DNA of 64,000 nt from Octopus vulgaris. Taxonomy: Eukaryota. The notes below the pieces were generated by a model. It was given only the letters and a program-made list of their open reading frames with translations. It searched no databases and was not told where the DNA came from. The stretch lies in NCBI GenBank assembly GCA_951406725.2, contig OX597842.1, positions 3,038,001-3,102,000 of the forward strand, read 5' to 3'. The translations under genes and the position numbers were made by a program. The stretch's first letter is position 1, and every line of letters begins with the position of its first letter. Below are positions 55,181 to 64,000 of the stretch, piece after piece.

Positions 55181-55854
55181 CTCCACTAAAATAGATTTTA
55201 TTTATATACAATATATATATACTGAACTTTATAGAAGTTCCTACCGTTAATAGTTATATTTACATGCCGAAATCTACCAGTAAATAATTTTTGGTCTTTT
55301 AAAAACCATTAAAGATATTATTTACTCTTATTATATTACTATATATATATATATATATATATAGCTGGAGCAACGTGAAATAATGTGTCCTGCTCAAGAA
55401 CACAACACGCAGCCCGGTCCGGGAATCGAACTCACAACCTCAAGATCGTAAGCTCGACGCTCCAACTACTGAGCTATATATGCGTATATATGCGTATATA
55501 TATATATATATATATATATCCACACACATAAACTCATATGTACTCTTATGTGCTGATGTAGACGTCTCCATTAGTGTGTGTATATACATTTGTACACAAG
55601 CAAGAATCATATATGAGAGACGGCGACATAGTTCGCTACGAACATGAAATCCGTCAAATGAGACATCTCACAGAGATTGTCTACAGAATTGGTTTAAAGA
55701 TTTGATGAGTATCAAAGACCACAACCTCGTAGTTGTCTTTTAATAACGTTCTTTAATGCACGAAGCAGTGAATGTTTGTGTGTATATATGTGTGCATGTG
55801 TGCATGTATTTATGTATATGTATATGTGTATGCATGCATTTATGTATGTTTATA

Positions 55855-55900
<46 letters not shown>

Positions 55901-56221
55901 CAAAGATGTAAGGAAAGGTAGTGAAGATGGGGAAATAATAGACGTATATGTTGGGGTATATATGTGTATGTGTATGTATGAGTGTGTATATATGTACGTA
56001 TATATGTATGTATGTATAAGCGTGGATGTGTATGCATGTATGTATGTGTGTGTCTGTGTGTGTATATAAGTGTATATATGTGTGAGTGAACGCATAGAAG
56101 TGTAGTGCCAGAAATTGGCAGGCTTAAAGTCTTCAGTTGTATGACTTCCAAAGAATTCTCCAAGTGCCTGTTATGTATTATTTATATAGTTTTTGTTTTG
56201 TTCTTTGTTATGTGTGTGTGC

Positions 56222-56262
<41 letters not shown>

Positions 56263-56372
56263 TGTGTTTAGACATGTGTGTGTTGGAAGAAAGAGAGAAA
56301 GAAACAGTGAAGTAAAGAGAGACTGCATATATTTTCTTCTGTTCCTTTGGGATTAACTAATTAATTAATAAA

Positions 56373-56466
<94 letters not shown>

Positions 56467-56469
56467 TGT

Positions 56470-56878
56470 TTAAAATTTTGACACAAGGGCAGCCATTTTG
56501 GAGAAGAGGGTATAACTTGAATACATCGACCCCAGTGGTTCACAGGTACTTAATTTATCGAGCCCCGAAAGGATGAAATGCAAAGTAGACCCAGGCAGAA
56601 TTTGAATTCAGGACGTCAAGACGGACGAAACACCTATTTCTTTACTACCCACAACGGGCTAAACACAGAGAGTACAAACAAGGACAGACAAACGGATTAA
56701 GTTGATTACATCGACCCCAGTGCGTAACTGGTGCTCATTTAATCGACCCCGAAAGGATGAAAGGCAAAGTCGACCTCGGCGGAATTTGAACGCAGCACGT
56801 AGCGGCAGACGAAATACCGCTAAGCATTTCGCCCGGCGTGCTAACGCTTCTGCCAGCTCACCATCAAAATAACAATAA

Positions 56879-56922
<44 letters not shown>

Positions 56923-57157
56923 ATAATAATAATAATAATAATATATAAGGTGAGCTGGCAGAATCGTTAGCACGCCAAGCAAAATGCTTAACGCCATTTT
57001 GTCCATCTTCGTGTTCTGAGTTTAAATTCTGCCGAGATCGACTTTGCCTTTCATCCTTTCGGGGTCGATAAATTAAGTACCAGTGAAACACTAGGCCAAT
57101 GTAATCGACTAGTTCCCTCCCCCAGAATTTCAGTTCTTGTGCTTCCAGTAGAAAGGA
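56470..57157. mobile_element. SINE B dimer (minus, 56470-56862) and SINE B (plus, 56947-57157), head to head
   Basis: Matches to family B, separated by (TAG)n(TAA)n. Confidence 0.88.
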
Positions 57158-57169
57158 TTATCATTATCA

Positions 57170-57537
57170 TTACCTCCGCCTTAGCTAAGGTGAAAGTATT
57201 ATTATCAATTGTATTTGTTTGTCTGTGGACATGATATTTCAAGAACTGATGGATGGATTTGGATGAAACTTTCAGGGATGTTTGGCCTCAAGACTGGCAT
57301 GTGCTGATTAGATTTTGGGATCAATCCGGTACCGGACAAGGATTATGGATTATTCTTCTGTTTCCGATTTTACGTAATTTTTTAGAGCAGTCATGTTCAT
57401 TTTTAGCATTCTTGTTTGTGAGAGCAGTCAAGTTTATTTCAGATATTCTCATTTTAAAAATCATCTCTGGCTAATCGTTGAGAAGACGTTGGGGTTGCCT
57501 TGGCGGAGGTTTGCACTGTCTGAGTGCTCTCATTAAT

Positions 57538-57538
<1 letters not shown>
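57170..57538 (+). mobile_element. Non-autonomous Helentron/DINE-type element
   Basis: Subterminal inverted repeats ACCTCCGCC (57172) and GGCGGAGGT (57502), 3' hairpin GCACT-gtctg-AGTGC, T-rich boundaries. Confidence 0.7.
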
Positions 57539-57629
<91 letters not shown>

Positions 57630-57641
57630 GAAGAAGAAGAA

Positions 57642-59130
57642 GAAGAGCAAAAGTGGGAGGGTGTCAAGGTAGAAGATATAAGATCTGCTCTCAGGAGGTC
57701 AAGCAAATGGAAGTCTCCAGGAAAGGATAAAATTCCTAACTTCTGGCTGAATGCCTTCCCAGAGAGCCATGAACTGCTAACAGAACTGTACAATGATGTT
57801 TTGCAACACCCTAGTAGGATGCCTCCTTGGCTAGTTAATGGGTTAACATTCCTGCTTCCAAAAAGTGAAGAAACAAACGAACCAAAAAACTATAGACCCA
57901 TAACCTGCTTAACAACTATGTACAAAACACTAACATCTGTCCTAACGGAATATAGCTATAGTTTTTTAACAGACAGCAACATATTCCCTAATGAACAGAA
58001 AGGATGTAAACGTGGATCCTACGGCTGTAAAGACCAACTACTCAGCAATAAGATGATCTTAGAAGATTGTCAAAAACGACACAAAAACTTATCAATAGCC
58101 TGGATAGACTATAAAAAGGCTTTTGATAGCCTACCACATAGCTGGATTAGGAAATGCCTGGAAATGTATAAGATAGCACCTACTCTGCGAAACTTCTTGA
58201 CTGTAAGTATGAGATCATGGAGAACCACACTAACTCTGAACAGTGACAATGAATCCCTAAATGCTGGTGATGTAAAAATTTCGTGTGGCATTTTCCAGGG
58301 TGACTCACTGTCACCACTCCTCTTTTGTTTATCCTTAATACCTCTCTCAAAGCTGCTCAATGACGCGCAGTACGGGTATAAAATGTTTGATAAAAATATA
58401 AATCATCTCATTTACATGGATGATTTAAAGCTTTTTGCAAAAAATGACGAACAACTCAAGGGCTTACTAGCGATAGTCAAACAATTCAGTGACGACATCA
58501 GAATGCAATTCGGCCTCGATAAATGTGCAAAAGCTACCTTCATCAAAGGAAAAATGACTGAAACATCTAACGTTAACCTTGACCAGCAGAATGTCATAAA
58601 AGAACTAGACCCAGCGGAGAGCTACAAGTACCTAGGGGTAATTGAAGGGAACGGAATAAGGCACTCAGAGATGAAGGAAAGGATCAGGAGAGAATGCTAT
58701 CGAAGAGTGAGAGCAATACTCAAGACAGAGCTGAATGCAAGAAACAGGATCGAAGCGATCAATGCATTAGCCATACCAGTCGTGACTTACAGTTTCAATA
58801 TTGTTAACTGGTCAATTACTGAAATATGTCAGCTCGACAGAAAAATAAGGAAACTGTTGACAATGCATAGAATGCACCACCCTAAGGCAGATACAGAACG
58901 ACTCTATCTGCCAAGAAAAGAGGGAGGCCGTGGTCTTATCAATGAAGATTGCTACAATTGGCCTAGACACCTACCTGAAAAAACCCTGAGGACTGGATGT
59001 TAAAACTTGTCTCAAAACATGAAAACAAGAAAGCATCATACTCAGTAACAAAACAGGCAAAGGAATATCTAAGTGAATTCCGAATACAACCAATTTCGGA
59101 ATTAGAGATAGATATACAAGGTAACCAAAT
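57642..59130 (+). mobile_element. R4/Dong-like LINE reverse transcriptase fragment (ORF 57801-59003; frame open from about 57642, frameshift near 58940)
   Basis: WKSPGKD, NYRPITCL, EQKGC, WIDYKKAFDS, GIFQGDSLSPLLF, YMDDLKL, FGLDKC, YKYLG, RLYLPRKEGGRGL; preceded by (AAT)n(AAG)n. Confidence 0.95.
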
Positions 59131-59259
59131 GAAGGCCAGATTTTCAATCCAGAGATCATCCTGATTCCAAAAAGGTATAATATGTCTATGTAGAACAACT
59201 GTAGACTGAAATTCAGGGGCTCAGACGGACAGACAGAATTTTGCTTTTATTATTATAGA
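59131..59259 (-). mobile_element. Helitron-like 5' end fragment
   Basis: Reverse complement starts TCTATAATAATAAAAG..tctgtctgtccgtc. Confidence 0.5.
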
Positions 59260-59286
59260 AGAAATCATTATTATTATCATTGAGTA

Positions 59287-59604
59287 GGGTGGAGTGAAAA
59301 TAAAAGAAATTGTAAAAACTGAAAATGCCTGAGAACTAAAATGTTGCTATATTTAATTACTTAAAAAATGCTAAATTTTCGCTGAGATCAATCAAGAGCA
59401 TTTACTCCCTCAAGCCCCCTAAACTCCAAAAATGGGAGATTTTTGTAAATTTTTTTACAATAGCGGAGTTTTAGGAGTTTGGAGGAGTAAATGTCCTTGA
59501 CTGATCTATGCAAAAATTTGGCATTTTTCTAGTAATTAAATATAGCAACATTTTAGTTCTCAGGCATTTTCAGTTTAAAAATTTTTTTTATTTTCACTCC
59601 ACCC
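59287..59604. mobile_element. MITE with long TIRs and TA flanks
   Basis: TA|GGGTGGAGTGAAAATAAAA ... TTTTATTTTCACTCCACCC|TA; the arms pair over about 140 bp. Confidence 0.88.
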
Positions 59605-60445
59605 TATTAGTGAGGTCTACTTGTCTTTCATTCCTGTACCAGTCGCGTACTGGGGTCGATGTAATCGATGTACCCTCGATTGCTAGCATTGAAACAAAAT
59701 TTGAAAGCATTGTTATTGTTGTTGTTATTATTATTGTTGTTATTGTTACTGTCACAAATCGAAACGTGAGTAGGAGTGAAAATTATCAGGACAAACTACA
59801 AAAATGTGATAGGTTTGGTGGTGGCGGCGGTGACGGTGGTGATGACGGTGTTGGATGTGGAATGGGGGGGGGGGGGGCACATCGAAGAAACGAGAAAGAA
59901 AAAAATGAACTCATATGAAAAAAAAATAACGTCAACAACATTCCCCCCACACACGCAACAAAAAACAACAAAACGGTGTTAACAAAAACAATACTCTCAC
60001 GACGACGATGATGATGATAATGATGATGGTGATGATAATAATAACGATGCCAATATTAAAAAGAGAAAAAAAAAACGTAAGAAACTTCGTCGTTACCAGT
60101 TGCTGCTGTGTGACGCCATTTTGTCCAGTGTTCTTGTCTGCTTTGACGCCATCTTACAATGGCGTCAAACTAGTTGCTTATCGGGAATAAATCATGTCTT
60201 GAGACTTTTGTTATTTGGAGTTTTTGTTATTCATGTTATTGGCTTCTTCTTCCAATTCTTCTTCTTCTTCTTCTTCTTCTTCTTCTTCTTCTTCTTCTTC
60301 TTCTTCTTCTTCTTCTTCTTCTTCTTCAAATTCTTCCTCATCTTCTTCTTCTTCTTCTTCTTCTTCTTCTTCTTCTTCTTCTTCTTCTTCTTCTTCTTCT
60401 TCTTCTTCCAATTCTTCCTCATCTTCTTCTTCTTCTTCTTCTTCT

Positions 60446-60523
<78 letters not shown>

Positions 60524-61009
60524 AACCTATCTCTTTCTTTCGTTCGTTCTTTCTTTCTCCCTGTCATTATTCCCCCGTCCTCCCTCTCTCTCTCTCTCCC
60601 ATTCTCTTTCTGTCACACACTAACCTAATATATTTATTATTGCTCTCTCGCTTTCTTTCCTTCTCTCTCTTTCTTTCTTTCTTTCTCTCTCTCTCTCTCC
60701 ACACAAATATATATGTTTATATATTATGGTGAACACATGCACGTATATATAAATACATACGCATATACATATATATTTGTATATATACACATACATACAT
60801 ACACACTTTACACAAACACACACACAAGTACATACATATATATTCATATATACATATATACATACATACATTCACACAGCGCAAATACACACGCACATAC
60901 ATACATACGCACAAACATATATATATACATTTGCATATATTTATATATATTCGCACAGAAGGCAAACATACATATGTACAAACGTATATACATATCTAAA
61001 TATATATTT

Positions 61010-61043
<34 letters not shown>

Positions 61044-61900
61044 GCATTACATAACGCAAACACACACTGATGTATATATGTATGTGTATACACATATTGC
61101 TGAATTTTTGTACACATACATACACACGTACGCGCGCGTGCTTGCGTACCTGCGTGCGTGTGTGTATGTGACTCTGCGTACGTGTGTGTGTTTATGTGTG
61201 TGTGTGTGTGCCAGTGTGTGTATTTACGTGAGAGGAAGGATGAGGACGCAGTACACCTGAACGCTGAAGCAGCTGGGTATGCAATCACAAGGTCCTGGTT
61301 TCAATCTCACAAGGTAACATCATCGTGGCAAATCCCATTTTTCTTAGTCTCGAGTCGACGCAATCCTTGTGTGGAAAATTTTGGGGACGGAAACTGTAGA
61401 GAAGCCGTTCAGGTAAACTGTATTTTTTACCTTTCCTTTTCTTCTTTTACTTGCCTCAGTCACCAGACTGCGGCCATGCTGGGGCACAGTCTCGAGGAAT
61501 TTCAGGGGAATTTATCGACCCCAGTAGCTATTTCTATTTTTAATTCTGGCACGTATTTTATCGGTCTCTTTGGCCGAATTACTGGGTTACGGGATGTAAA
61601 CCTACCAACACCAGTTGTCGAGCAGTGGTGGGTAACAAAGACCTAACACACACACAATATATATATATTATATATACATATATACACATGAAGAGTTGGC
61701 CAAACGACACCTGACAGTAAATCAAAACCATTTAATTCCAACTGAATGCATTTAATAAAAACATCTAAATATGAAACATCATGGAAATTGTTCAAACTGA
61801 AGTCCTTCTCGTGAGCGACACATTTTCCCCTTCGAGTCAATACTGAATAACAGATAGTATCTATGGAATGTTGATTTAGTCTCGGGTGACTTCTGCCCAA

Positions 61901-62016
<116 letters not shown>

Positions 62017-62288
62017 AAGAATGATATAATTAATATATAAATATATGCATATATACATACATATATGTACATACCTACATATATATGTATATATACATGC
62101 ATATGTGGGTACAGGACACCAAAAAAACGTAGACAGAATGAGAAACGGGAACATAAAAAAGAACAAAAATATAGAAAACGAACTTTCCACAACCGAAAGA
62201 GCTACAAATAGTTTCATGCTATTATGATACTTGAACAGGCATTTTTATAAAATATGCCATGTATCTTAAAACAATCTTTCAGGCTCTC

Positions 62289-62344
<56 letters not shown>

Positions 62345-62345
62345 G

Positions 62346-62379
<34 letters not shown>

Positions 62380-63268
62380 AACATTTTATCATTAATTAAA
62401 ATCTTAGGGTAGCAAGAATATTCATAGAAAAATTCTTAGTTACCAGTGGTCTAGTGAAAAAGGAAAAAATTAGTCAATAGACTATATATTATTCAAAGAA
62501 GAATACGGTGTACGTTCAAACACAAAAGAGATACCTGAAGAATAGGATATCTGACTAGCTAGAAAGAGCAGTTAAAACTCCAAGCCACCAATTGTTGTAA
62601 TTCCGAAAGTGAATGGAAAATAAAAACTTTTTAAAACTATATATATATATATCAAACAAAGAGAGATTAATAAGGGATTAGTAGTCTCAGGCGAAATAAT
62701 TCTTAAGCTCTCTGTAGATAAAAATATACCAGGCTACGGAAGTCTTCCTGTTCGGTATTGTAGTTCATGTAATCTAAAATCAAGGTTCGGCAGTTACAAA
62801 AGGAGGAAATCCATGGTTCGGCTACCAAGATTGTATGATTTTACAGAATGATACAGAAAAAATAATGATACAGTCAGAAATAATAGGTTATATACTTTTA
62901 TATATTTATTATAGGCTTACAGCTGTTTCAGACACACATTTGAGAATGATCATGCTGAAATCGAACGATCGATCCATCAAGTGAAAATATAGGGAACCAC
63001 TACTCTGAAGCCATTTTCTTTAGAGAGCAACAAACCAATTCTTGTATTTGTTTCAGTAATGTTAACTGCAGCCATGCTGGAGCACCGCCTTTAGTCGAAT
63101 AAATCGACCCCAGAACATATTCTTTGTAAGCCCAGTACTTATTCTATCAGTCCCTTTATATGTAAGTTACAGAGACGTAAACACACCAGAATCGGTTATC
63201 AAGCGATGGTGGGGAGAGGACAAATACAGACACACAAACAAACATACATACATACATACATACATACA

Positions 63269-63304
<36 letters not shown>

Positions 63305-63380
63305 TAAGAGATAATGGTGTCATTGAGACCCAAAGGTGTCAGGTATTGCTGAATAAGTGATTTAACTTTCCTCTCACACC

Positions 63381-63432
63381 GTCTCCGATGAAGGGATATT
63401 ATTAATAAATATCCTAGAAACAGCTGTAAGAC
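63381..63432 (+). ncRNA. Hammerhead-like motif, U4C core
   Basis: GUCU-CCGAUGA-AG GGAUAUU..AAUAUCC UA-GAAA-CAGCUG-UA-AGAC; flanks match 28830-28960. Confidence 0.72.
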
Positions 63433-63519
63433 CTTCTATCTGTAAATGCTCTAATATCTACATAGCCTTGGGTTTTTTTAATCTTATTACGCAAAAAATT
63501 TCCTATATATATATATACA

Positions 63520-64000
63520 CGGAACGGGCTTCTTTCAGTTTCCGTCTCTCACAAGCCTTTGGGCGGCCCGAGGCTCAAGTAGAAGACACTTGCCCAAGTG
63601 CTACGCGGTGAGGCTGAACCTGGAACGATGTGGTTGATAAGCTAGCTACTTACCACACAGCCACAATTGCCAAAGAAACGAAAAGAGGAAGGAATTTGAT
63701 CTCGGTTGGCATTTTTAGAGAACCAAGTCATCTACTTTTAGTCAACAAATCTTTAATCATAAACGCAGGTGTGGTTGTCCCGTAAAGTTTGCTTCCTAAC
63801 CAAATGGTTCCGGGTTCAGTCCTACTGCGTCGCACCTTGGGCAAGTATCTTCTCATGTAGCATCCGGCTGGCCGAAGTCTTGCGAGTAGATTTGGTGGAC
63901 GGAAACTAAAAAATGCCCGTCGAATATCTGTGTGTGTCTCCGTCTACGTAACTTAGCAGTTCGGCAAAAGAGACAGTTAGAATTAGTACCAGGCTTTACG
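63520..64000. mobile_element. SINE A fragments (minus 63520-63665; plus 63765-64000, cut by the window end)
   Basis: Matches to family A. Confidence 0.8.

Noticed and set aside
62913-62935. Minus-strand GAAA-CAGCUG-UA hammerhead 3' half
   Set aside because: No matching CUGANGA and stem I found upstream; at most a fragment.

Overview
Eukaryotic, AT-rich, microsatellite-saturated DNA. The repeat families resemble octopus (coleoid cephalopod) genomic DNA; this is inferred from pattern recognition, not from a search. No intact host protein-coding gene is evident, and almost all listed ORFs are translated simple repeats. The window holds: many copies of three tRNA-derived SINE families; R4/Dong-type and Tx1-type LINE fragments; three Penelope-like (PLE) GIY-YIG remnants, one with inverted pseudo-LTRs; a mariner remnant; Helitron/Helentron-type non-autonomous elements; a MITE; and a decayed tandem array of CENP-B/psq-type helix-turn-helix repeats. 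The most notable signal is RNA structure. About 15 hammerhead ribozyme (HHR)-like motifs sit in short, mostly (TA)n-flanked PLE-type elements, including compensatory or variant cores (U3-A8, G3-C8, U4C, A6U). One repeat family carries all hammerhead core elements in a reversed strand order that is not one of the three standard circular permutations (45163-45235, minus strand), with a covarying partial copy at 34335-34383. All pairings were read by eye. None was computed or tested.
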